DNA of 64,000 nt from the NCBI RefSeq assembly GCF_018977255.1, contig NW_024704743.1, positions 111,850,001-111,914,000 of the forward strand, given 5' to 3'. Under the pieces are notes generated by a model. It searched no databases. It worked only from the letters and a program-made list of their open reading frames with translations, and was not told the DNA's origin. Each line of letters opens with the position of its first letter. The stretch's first letter is position 1. Of this stretch, positions 12,601 through 23,790 are shown piece after piece. Source of the DNA: Callorhinchus milii (taxonomy: Eukaryota). A program made the translations under genes and the position numbers.

Positions 12601-14509
12601 CACATCGGGAGGACGTCCCAAGGCGCTGGACAGTGAAGAACTTGCACCTGAGCTGGGGATTGGAATCAAGAGGAGTGGAGGGCAAAGGGGATGGGAGTGT
12701 TATATATCATTCAATCATTCCCCAACACTTAGCATCATTCAATGGCCACTTCCCCCAACACAAAGCACCATTAGGTGACCCCCAAAACTCAGAAGGAAGC
12801 AAGACTAAGTGAAAGGTGTTTCCAAGTTATCTCACTGTGTGACTGATGACCTGAACCACTGTCTGATGATCTCTCCTTCCTTTTGGAGGCAGGTTCCTGG
12901 ACATTCCAGGCCAGCTTGAGTTTGGGAATGTGTGGAAAGCTGTAGGGAATTCAGCACATTCTATATACCCTGTGGGGACACATGGTCGCTCCTCCGACAC
13001 AGAAATCTATCAAGTGATTCAATACAACCTCGTGCCACCAGCCAGCCACTGTTTCCCCTGAAGAAATTAATGTAATGCTATACCACTGGCACCACAGTAC
13101 TCTGTGGCTAAGATTCCTATCAAAGGAGTACAGTATTATTTTCAGTCTTAGTACAATCAGCCATTTTTGTACCTGCCCACACGTGCACACACACCCACAC
13201 ACTCTGTAAGCGCTGAACGTTTACAACACTTACACATTCAGAACATTCTTGTTTTATTTTTAACACCATGTGCTAAGATACGAGATGTTTTAAGAAGTTG
13301 TTGGTAAGCTGTTTGAGACTTTCTCCTGAAAGGTGCTATATCAAATGCCAGGATTAGTATTTTTATTTCTAAACATCTCAGCTTGTGTGATACAACAAAA
13401 AAAAGTCTTCTGAGCCTATAATAGTTGAGAATTTATAAGGAAGATATTGCCTTGTTGCTTCTGTCTAGATCCTCTCTAACAAGTACACACTGGACGGAGG
13501 AGCAAAACATCCATTTCATTTTAGCGTTGAAGTGACTTGACCCCACAACACAAGGGTAACTGATTGGAAAATGTCATAGAGGGCACTACCTACTCATTTG
13601 GGTAAAGCAATTTGATAGAAAACTTACAGTTAGTGCACCACAAACTATAAACACACAGAAAGGAACAGACACTGCATTTTTGATCATTCTTACTAGCTGC
13701 AGACCGCTATATTTGGTCTCAACCAAACCTCAGACAAGCAATTACGTTCTTTAAGCTGCATTAGGAAAAGAAGAATGGCTTCTACATTCTCCAACAACAA
13801 TAACTTGCATTTATATAGCGTCCCAGAGAGCTTCAAAGCATTCAAAAATCCTGAAAACTATCTTTTGGTATTAATACGTTTTGAATCAGGACTTGATGAT
13901 GAGCCTCTGCACCTTAAACGGAGTTGGAACTTTACTTATTCCAAATAAGGGATTGCTTATAGGAAGAACAAAGACAGACTGTAAGTCACTCTTTACATAG
14001 TGAGGGACTAAACAAGAGGGACTGAGTGTGAGCCCAAGGTCCCCAGAAGCAGAACACTATATTAACACTGCACACTCCAGTCCCTCCCCTCCATTGACAG
14101 GAATTCAGTACTCACTTACCCCACTGGCCAAGGCTTGTATTGGACCACTAAGGTGGAATACTATCTACAACCTCACAAGGAAGATCCAATTTTTCCTGAA
14201 AAGGGAAAGGGTGGAGTGGCATTGAGTAGCTGTGCAGAACTCCACACCTGGGCTGTTTCAGCCTCTACAGACTGAAAGCTGACATGTTTCGGGAGACGAC
14301 ATGGTAGAGAATATGTATATTCTATAAGTGCTGGAAACATTCTGTAATTCTGTGAAATAAATACGCCGGCTCAGACACACAATAAATTAGAAATGGAAGC
14401 AGTAGGATGCACTAGTTTTATATGCATGGAGAAAAAGCTCTATAACCCACAAGTGACAATGTCACTGAGCAATCTCCATTAAACATTGTCATCACTATGT
14501 ATTCTGTCT

Positions 14510-14690
14510 GACACGCACACACGCACATACAGACTCACACAATCACAAACATCTCACTCACACACACAATAACACACAGAAACACACACAATTTCGATCT
14601 CACACACACAACATACACACAATTGTATTCACATACACAATCACACATAGAATCTCAATCTAACACATACAAACACACATAGACATTACT
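14510..14690. repeat. Degenerate (CA)n-rich simple repeat
   Basis: ACACGCACACACGCACATACAGACTCACACAATCACAAAC... seen directly. Confidence 0.85.
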
Positions 14691-15589
14691 AATCATATAA
14701 AAAAACATTTACAAAGAGTAATTGATTATTTATGGTATCACAGAGCAGATATACTGCTATCACAATGTGCCCTTTAAACTATTGTCACAAAACAGCTCAG
14801 TGGTTCTCAAACATGTAGCTGTAGTGAATAAATCTCAAGTAATACGGTTATATGGAATTCCCTTTAGTGTTGATCTGACTTGAACTTTACATTGAATCAT
14901 CAAACAAACAAATCTACACTACACGTCCAGTTTAAATACAGGATTAGGGGCATCAATTTGATTTTGAGCACCACTCCCCAAACCTCGACCAGGTTATGAT
15001 TTTCAGGAATGAAATTGGTGGCTTTGGTGACTACAATATAAATCCCTTTTACTCTGCAGTCAATTTCAACAAATATAAGCCTCAAAAAATCTAAATTGAA
15101 AATGTCTTAGTCGGTACTTTAAGCTTTATAATGTTATTAAAGAGCCGAATGCACTGCTGAATCTTGTAGTCACAATAATAAACCAGCCACCATTCAGCAC
15201 CAGGTAGCTAAACACTTCCCATGCACTCAGAACACATTGCCAAAGTTCTCCTCAGCCCTGGCAAATGTATACAGAGCGCAAAATATAGATAAAGCTCCTT
15301 GCCCCAAATCACTTCCAGGAGTGCCAAACCGGCAGAGACATCTCAAATGTATTGTGGTGCGCTGCTCATTACATCATCTTCTTTAGTCATGTGCACAGGT
15401 CATGGCCTCTCATTGCACCTTCCTGTCTCAATCACCAGTTGACTCCATTCATCACAAAATAAGGAATGGCTGTATTACAAACCGACTGTTCTCACTGTTC
15501 ATAAATTACTGAGAGGAGAATACTTCTTGTAATATTTGTTGATGATATCGAGCAGGGTGGGCAGGTCACTAATGTAATTAAACAGATAG

Positions 15590-15870
15590 GCACGAGGCAG
15601 ATGGATTTGAATGTAAATAAATGCATTGTGGAACAGGAAAGACGAAAGAGATACACAAGATGAAGAGGTATTCATTAGTAAAGGTGGAGAAGCAAAGGAT
15701 TTAAGTGTAATTAATGATTATTCACTGAGTGATCCCAGTCGATGTGATCAACAAAGCTACTCAAATGCTAAGTTTTATCTCTAGGGCATTTGACCATAAG
15801 TCAAGAGTAGTTATTCTAAACTTGTATAGATCACTGGTCAGGACACATTTGGAATAATGAAGACATATTT
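15590..15870 (+). mobile_element. Degraded CR1-clade LINE RT fragment
   Basis: GGCAGATGGATTTGAATGTAAATAAATGC...AACTTGTATAGATCACTGGTCAGGACACATTTGGAATA parallels the CR1 copy at 32140-32930. Confidence 0.6.
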
Positions 15871-16674
15871 GGAGGCAGCAGTGGAAGACTGCTTTGCCGT
15901 TCAGCTCCCTCAAAAATTAAAGTTATACCTTTAGAAAGTTCAAGACGATGGGACACTAGTTTGAAGGGTCAAACAGACCTTCTTAGAGATAGGATGAACT
16001 TGAGCAAACATATCAGGAGAAGGAAAAGTGGACTGTGAGCAGAAGAGTCCTAAGATACATCAGAGGGGTTGCTGCAGGTCAGTGTGACATAACAGGTTAT
16101 CAGTAGAAATCACTAGCTGTAAGCTCCATCCCAATAAGTAACAAGCATACTGTTGGGATAAGAAATCCAGGGAATGGAGCATCTGACAGACATAATGGGC
16201 AAAAGATTGGATGTTGATTTTTGCAGTACAATTGTATAGTGCACTTAAGTGCCTCTCTCTCTGCTTTGCCCCTCCCTCCTCGTTTCTCTCTCACTGTCTC
16301 TCTCAGTCTCTTTCTCTCATACACTCTCACTCTCTGCCTCTCTCACACTGAAGTGCTCTAAAGTGAAGTAGATGCCAACCCATGTTCCAAAGATGGCCCT
16401 GACACAACTGCCAAGATGAGAAAACAGTGGGAAAATGAGTTCAAAACTGTATACAACGATAAGCTGGAACAGTCCTGATAAACTGGAAAAATAATAAAAA
16501 TAAAAATGTAAATTATAAAGATTTTTAAGTCATTACTGATCTGATTTTTGACACTACAAGCTTGTCTTAAATCATATTTGCATGCCTCCAAAAGCCATTA
16601 CAACACAATTTTTTTTCCAAACAGCTGCCAGATACAGGAATTTCCTTCAAATCATGCTCACCAACAGAAACAGG

Positions 16675-16950
16675 AATACCAACAATTTATATAGTGTTTT
16701 TCATGTTCAGGAGGATGTCTCAAAGAGCTTCACCTGACTGTCCAGCACCTTGAAACGTCCTCCTGACGTGAAAGGCACTATAAAAATACAATTTGTTGTT
16801 GTTGTTTGCCTGGGAGTCTGAGCTGGAGGAGGAGCTGTGGAAAGGCGGGAGGAAGGAAGGTGACTGAAAGCAAAGTGGAAAAGATAAGTTTTAAGATGGG
16901 TTTTGAAGAAGGGGAGGGAGAGGTGAGACAGAGAGACTCTGCAACGGAGT
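16675..16950 (-). mobile_element. Cluster of L2 3'-tail fragments (mixed orientation)
   Basis: Tail motifs AACAATTTATATAGTG..CAGGAGGATGTCTCAAAG (minus) and CCTTGAAACGTCCTCCTGACGTGAAAGGCACTATAAAA..TTGTTGTTGTTG (plus), then FKTHLKTYLF on the minus strand. Confidence 0.6.
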
Positions 16951-17200
16951 TCGCTCATCCTGTATTGATGCCCTCTTGTTTTGGACTCACCCACAAGTGG
17001 AAACAACCTATTAACTTCTACCTCATAGAATCCTTCATACAATCTTAAACACCTCGAATGGATTCCCTCTCAATCATCTAATCTCCAGAGAACAAAACGC
17101 AACAAACTGCCCAGTTCCTGATAGCTGTATCAACTCATCCCTGGTAACAGCTTGTAAATCTACACGGCACTCTCTCTAATGCTACATTCCCTTTACTTTC
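16950..17200 (-). mobile_element. CR1-clade LINE 3' fragment
   Basis: Minus-strand translation GFYEVEVNRLFPLVGESKTRGHQYR is a typical CR1 ORF2 C-terminus. Confidence 0.7.
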
Positions 17201-17838
17201 TGTCTGCCAATTAGACAACACAATTACTGTTAAAAAGTGAAAAAAAGGCCATTTAACAATCAATAGCTGTACAGTTCTCAAACCCTCCCTCTCTCCCCCT
17301 TCCCAACAAAACACTTTCAGCCTACACTTCATCCACAATATATCCTGTGAAGTGCTTTGAGCCAACCTCCCGATGTGAAAGGCGCTACACCAATTGTAAG
17401 GATTATTATTATTAATATACATTGCCACTGCACTGAATATGAACTGGAAAATGAGGTAAAAGCTTTGCCCTTATTTCCTCATGATGCTAAGCACTGGTCA
17501 TTTAATTTTAAAGTCAGAGAAAGCTGTTTTGATGCAATGCGCGATGTTTATTGTGTGCGCACACTCTGCTCATGGCTTATTGCAAACATTGCAAACACGT
17601 CTATTGACAATGAATTTCACAGTGTGTCAGATACTCCAGTACTGCACAAGTCAAAGGCCACGGGCTGAATCCTCCATTGTACCACGAAGTTAGTCACTGG
17701 AAAACCTCAAACCTGTTTGACTAGTAACGGTTTGGGCATATAAAATAGAAAAATGCTTTACTGTATTTATTAACAAAAGAAAACATGGCAGATGCAATAA
17801 ATACATCATTCAATATTTTGCAGTCATTCTCAACAAAA

Positions 17839-18450
17839 ATAACAACAGCAACTTGGATTTATATAGCGCCCTCCACGCCAGACTGCGTCTCAGAGCGCTT
17901 TACAGTAACGGATCCCGGGACCGAGCCGGGGGAGGGGGAGGAAGGTGACCAAAGGCGCGGTCGAAAAAAAGGTCTTCAGCAGAGACCTGAAAATGGGAAA
18001 AGAGGGAGCGAGACGAAGAGAGTGAGGAAGGCAGTTCCAGAACCTCGGGGCATAGTGGCTGAAGGCACGGCTGCCGAGGGTGGAGCGGAGGATTCGGGGG
18101 ACGAGGAGGAGGCCAGACCCGGAGGAACGAAGGCAATGGGTACTGTTTTGAGGAGAGAGGAGGTCAGGGAGGTAGAGAGGTGCAGAGGAGTGCAGGGACT
18201 TGAATACAAGGGTGAGGATCTTGAAATCGATCCTCTCTGGGATAGGCAGTCTGGCAAGGACTGGGGTGATCGGGGAGCGGAGTTTCGTGCGGGTGAGAAT
18301 GCGGGCGGCAGAGTTGGTAGTGGATGGGAGACCGGCGAGGAGGGCATTAGAGTATTCCAGCCGAGAGGTGACAAAGGCATGGACCAGGGTTTCAGCGGCT
18401 TTTGGGGAGAGTTATTGGCGGAGACGTGCGATGCTTCGGAAGTGGAAGAA
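17839..18450 (-). mobile_element. 5'-truncated L2-clade LINE, diverged subfamily
   Basis: GC-rich segment homologous to 42658-43517 (GAGGATCTTGAAATCGATCCTCT, GAGGTGACAAAGGCATGGACCAGGGTTTCAGC); tail AACAACAGCAACTTGGATTTATATAGCGCC. Confidence 0.85.
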
Positions 18451-21400
18451 ATTCTCACTGCCGGTGAGCCCTTGTCACGCAGCCTCTCAATCAGGCAGGG
18501 TTGAAAATGTGAGCACCAGATCTTCCTACCATCATCCACCCACTCCCCACAATTAAAGCTCTCTGAGAAAAGCAAGCAAGATAAACTGCAAATCATATTA
18601 CTCTGTATGGCATTTTAGGCTCTTGGAGAGTGAAAGCTTTATATTTATTTATCTTTGGGGAAAGAACATCTGGGTAACTGCTTTGTGCTGACAACATTAT
18701 CAGGTCCAAATCCTTCCCGCACCACCCCACCCCCTTCCTTCTCCCACTTTGTGCAGCCTCCCCTTAATTCAGATGTTAAGCCATTTGCTTTCATTAAACG
18801 CATGGGCATCACTGACAGTGGCATTCTAATCCTGATGCCACTACTTCAGACCACACTTTCCATTATCATTACCAGAGACTGCCTGACTACATGACTGGCC
18901 AGGTGTATGTATTTTTATGTGGGTTCTGATGACTATCATAAACTCGATATTATCCTCTGTCAATGAGTCTCATTGAGTCTCTCGCTCTATCTGCATCAGA
19001 CATAAACCTATGACACCGATAGTGAAACCATTAACATATTAAATTTACAGTCCTTGCCATTAGACTATAAAGAGATGAGCTGTGGCCAATGGGCAGGATT
19101 CACTATTATCCTTGATCTGCATTTTATAGGCTGGGATTTATCCACAGTCTACATACTGTGAATTTGTTCCTATTTATCAAGCTCTCCTGCAAAATCTACA
19201 TTTGGTTTCTCCAACATATGTCTGAAATAGAGATTTTCTTAAAGGGTACAAATAAACAAAGGAAAAAAATGAAACGAGTTGAAGTGGTGTGGGAGGTGGG
19301 GCAGAAGAGAAGAGGCTGTATCTTACCAGAAAGGGGTTGGCATAAGGCAGTGAAATTTAAGTGCTCCAAGACTATCGTGCATGAAGAGCACTATATAAAT
19401 GCACATTCTTGGTGTTGTTGCAATTTTATGAAGAGAGGGAAAATGTAATATGTTTGGCTCTAAAAATGGGGGATACTGAGAGACGGAAAACACAATGTGT
19501 GGGAGACTCCAGACTGCATCTGCTTCTTCCTGAGCAACATAAGTCACAATTATTTACAGGCATCAACATTGCTTGCTTTTTCAATCAGATTTTGCCACCC
19601 ATTTGCTTCCGAGTGGAAAAAAAAATCCCCTACATCCTGTGTGAACTCATCATCTTTTAATATTTAGATAATAAACTTGAAAGATAAATTGTAGACATAA
19701 CTTTATGTTTTCAAGTCTGGAATTTAAGCTGTTTCATTACCGTGCATCCTTTTGTCTTGACATCTGTTTGTCATTAGTCAGGGATAGAATTATCCCCCTA
19801 AAAAAATTCCTTTCAAATATATATATATGAAAAAAATACATCTTTATGTTTTATTCTACCCCGTGGTTCCAGTCTTATTGACTTGACTTACTTTGCAAAA
19901 TACATTGCCCATAGTCCTGATAGGTCTTCTTTAAGGCTCTGGCCTCAGCTGTGATTGAGTGAGAGGAGTTGAAAATGCCCAACTATTGAGGGCATCATAC
20001 TGAGCTAGGTTCAATTTAGCTGCAGTACAGCATCAGGTTCAATGCTGTTCAAAGCAGTTGCTTCGAATCATTTGGAGAAAAAAAAGAAAGTTCTATTTTA
20101 ACAAGTCAAAGTAATTTTAACTCGACGCACAATGAAAAATCCAGAGCATCAAACTCAGCGTGACATTAAGTGTCACCGGGTTCAGAACATTTTTTGAGGA
20201 AAAAAATTATATTTTAATCCCCAGTGGATAAACATTTATCCTTTAAGACACAGGGATAAAGATTTTAATGGCATCTTGCTTCGGGATTCAAAATAAATAA
20301 GGCAAAGATGAGTTCCCATCTTCTTAGAACTAAATTACTGAGATTAAAAATATGTAAACACAAAATGAACGTATTCCATTTGCATATTACATTTCCCTCT
20401 TAAAGTTGATATGGAAGATTAAGAGGCAGCATTTAATCCTCACTCTCCTAATCCCTAAAATTACAAAGACAGACATAAGTGCATGTCTGCCACAGTAAAT
20501 TACCTTGAAATAAAGCAAATTCAGGATAAAAAGAGGAGCATATTTATATTACAGTGATTTAAAAATCTGTCGCCTAAACATATCTTTTTTCCAGCATTAA
20601 CTGGCTAAACTGCAGCCAAAAAGCCATTTTCTTCTACAAATAACCAGCTACGTTTTCAAACAAATTCCCAGCCCGGAATCACACCGATATTCTGGAATCT
20701 GTCTTGTGTTTTTGATCAAGGAACCCTTGATAATTTTTGACTTGATTTTCTCCCTCCCCCTCCTCGTTCCTTTGCCTCCCCAACCCGTGCCTCCATTACT
20801 GCCTCAATACATTCGAGCTGGTGAGGCTGTTTCTAATAAGGAAAGATGCCCAGGAAGTTACATTTATTCTGGCTTTGGAAAGTTTAGTGTAGAATTGAGC
20901 TGGGTTCCGCATCAGGAATAAATCGTGCGGTTGAGATGAGTAAAAGGTTATTAAAGGTAAGGTAACCACTGAGTGAATAATTACAATCAAAAAGCCTTTC
21001 CTGAATTTTTACTTTAATTCCTCTTGCAAATTATCTTTATATAAATGAAGGGATGCTGGTAAAACTCCCCCACCCCGAACTCGCTCAACACTGCCTCCTT
21101 GCCTCATTTCTGTTCTGAAACAATGAAGAGTTTTAAAGTAATAGGTGACCACAGCACAAGAAGGGAAAATGTATCGAGTCTTCTGAATTGTTTACTGTTT
21201 CACCAAATGTCAAGTTAGAGAAATAAATTTGTTCTGATTCCCGAGGAACTAAAAATTGTTTTAATAGCAAATCATGCTTTTCAGAGAAGCATTATGAAGA
21301 TCTGCATGAGGATACGATTATACATTTAGTTTTGCAGCAATAAAACGATTCTCTACCATGTGTTTTCTTCTTGGATGTGGCATGGATCGATCTACTTAAA

Positions 21401-22502
21401 TATCTACCGCGGCCCATTTACTAATAAATAATAATCCTTGCATTTGATATAACACATTATCATGTCATCGAGATGCCTCAAAATGCTTCACAGAAGATAC
21501 TGTAAAGTGAATTGACTGTATATTATGTGGGCGAAATATATGTTGAAGTGGTTTAACGTTTCTTCACTGCTTTGAGTCACATTGAGTGAAGCAGACCCAG
21601 ATATACAATTATAAAAGTGGGCTAATGAAGGCAGTGCAAATTGCAATTAATTTTCATCTTGAAGGAATCATTCCAGACTAATCAACTGCCTATCAAATGT
21701 CCATATGAATTACACTGTACAAAAGAAAAATCATTAGCCAGGACCCACACAGCACAACGCTACACACATAGAAATAAAGGAATGTCTGATTGGAAAGCTC
21801 AGCAAATTATAACTGCTGTGGAAGTTAAGTAAACCATTGCTGCTTTCGGATTTTAACAGTCCCAATTGCGTAAAATGCAATTTAGATAATTCTTATTCAG
21901 AATGGTAGGCTCTTTCTTTACCTTTAGAAACCCGAGACCACATTAATTCTGTAAAATCTACAACACACGCTTTCAATAATTTGGAAGTCAGCAATACTTT
22001 TTTTNAAAAAAACACTTGATTTAATCACTGAAATCTGGAGGTTAGCATTTTGTACAGTAGATGCCCTGTGCACAAAGTGTCCAATGTCCCTTTCCCTGGC
22101 ACCAGGACACTCTTATATCAATGCTATCAAAACTACGTTTATCCATTACTTGGTTACAAGTAATGTTTGCTCGTGCTTTTTGAAATTCAAACTTTGGGAT
22201 TTATTTCAGACTAGAACACATGAATGATTGCAGCCACAACAAACAAATAAACAAAGTCTTTCCGCTATAATTTGAACTATAAAATCTGTAGCAGATTGAC
22301 TTGAGCAAGGTAACTATGCAGTATACGCCTCACACAGGCAACTGTATACAGCAGTGCAGAGTGAGGTCCTGTATTCACAGTAAACGCCTGATAACTCAAC
22401 TCGGTCTTAACTTGGCACCACCACGCTATCAGAATCCTAGCTTCTTCCCGGGCAAAATGTTAATAAAGGACTCCGCTTTACTTGTCACTCTGCTTAACAC
22501 AA

Positions 22503-22886
22503 AATAATAATAATAATCCTTGCATTTGATATAACGCCTTATCATGTTTTTGAGATATCTGAAAGTGCTTCACAGAATATACTGTAAAGTGAATTGACTG
22601 TATATTTTGTGGGTGAAACCTGCAGCCAATTGCGCAAAACAGTGTCCCACAAACAGTCCTGGATTGGGTAACCAAATTATTATTAAAAAAAGTTTTTGTG
22701 AGATTATTATCCCCAGAAACGCGATCCACCAATCGACCAACAACTGGATTCCTACTTACCTACTTAGGTAAACAGAGGCGTGTAGAGCAAGGAAACTTGC
22801 CTAATATTTCACCATACCTGGGAATCAAACTCCGGTCCTCTCGCTTGCGAGGCGAGTGCTCTAACCAATATGCTACAGGACTCCAC
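22503..22886 (-). mobile_element. Full-length tRNA-headed SINE, variant with about 70 nt of extra middle segment
   Basis: Same head (GTGGAGTCCTGTAGC...AGAGCACTCGCCTCGCAAGCGAGAG) and tail as 5993-6304, plus an extra segment near 22710-22778. Confidence 0.88.
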
Positions 22887-22945
22887 GAGTCGCATTCTAG
22901 AAATTAAAAATGATCGGATAACTAGTCCAATAAAATGATGTCTTA

Positions 22946-23075
22946 CATCGCAGACGCCTCTGGTCTTTTGGAGGACCATGCCAGGCCTCACATTGCGCTT
23001 CCTACCCAATCCTGTGACAGGATAGAGCGGGAGGCTTTGGAACAGCCCTACAACAGATCAGAGGCCTCTGCGATG
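22946..23075. mobile_element. Palindromic MITE-like element (130 bp)
   Basis: Arms 22946-22974 and 23047-23075 are reverse complements at 25/29 positions; inner ATCCTGT-G-ACAGGAT palindrome. Confidence 0.6.
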
Positions 23076-23247
23076 CATCTGAGCATAAGTGCCCAATCTC
23101 CACCGAGCACCTGAACCAGTCACAGCACTCCCTTGTGGCCCAGGAGAACCTGTACCTAACTCACCACTCCAGATAACTCAATACTGCGCTCTTTTCCCTA
23201 GGAATGATGAGTTATACGGAGTTTACTGTATATGCAGTACATGTCTT

Positions 23248-23790
23248 CAACAACAACAATGTCTTGCAGTTATATAGCGCCCTTCACACGGGGTGGTGTC
23301 GCGGAGTTTGACATTGAGCCAAGGGGAGAGAGAGGGGGGAGGTGACTGTAAGCATGATCAAAAAGGAAGGTCTTTAATTGGGATTTGAAGTTTGAGAGGG
23401 AGGGGGCAAGGGATCGAGCGAGCAAGTTCCAGAGTTTCGGGGTGCAGTGGCTGAAGGCATAAGGGACAGAGGGCATGAGGGACAATTAAAAGGCCAGAGC
23501 CAGCTGAGAGGAGGCAGCGAGTGCGGGGTAAACAGGTAGGATAGGTAGGGAGGTGCGAGGGATTGAAGTGATTTGAAAATGAGTGAGAAGATCTTGAAGT
23601 TGATATGTTCTGTGATTGGGAGCCAGTGGAGCCTGGCAAGGACTGGTGTGATGGGAGTACGGAGTTTTGTGGGTGAGTATCTGGGCGGAAGAGTTTTGAA
23701 TTAATTGAATTTTGTGTATGGTGGAGCTGGGGAGACCAGGGTATTGGAATACTCCACCCGGGAAGTGAAGAAGGATTTCAGCCTCATCCA
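23248..23790 (-). mobile_element. 5'-truncated, frameshifted L2-clade LINE
   Basis: Minus-strand ORFs give IHKIQLIQNSSAQILT..., LLSAGSGLL..., AFSHCTPKLWN...FKSQLKTFLFDHAY; (CAA)n tail on the plus strand. Confidence 0.85.

Noticed and set aside
17785..18596. Overlapping 239-aa and 206-aa ORFs
   Set aside because: Antisense and off-frame readings of an L2 fragment.
22005..22005. Ambiguous base N (another at 25789)
   Set aside because: Assembly ambiguity next to homopolymer runs; not biological.
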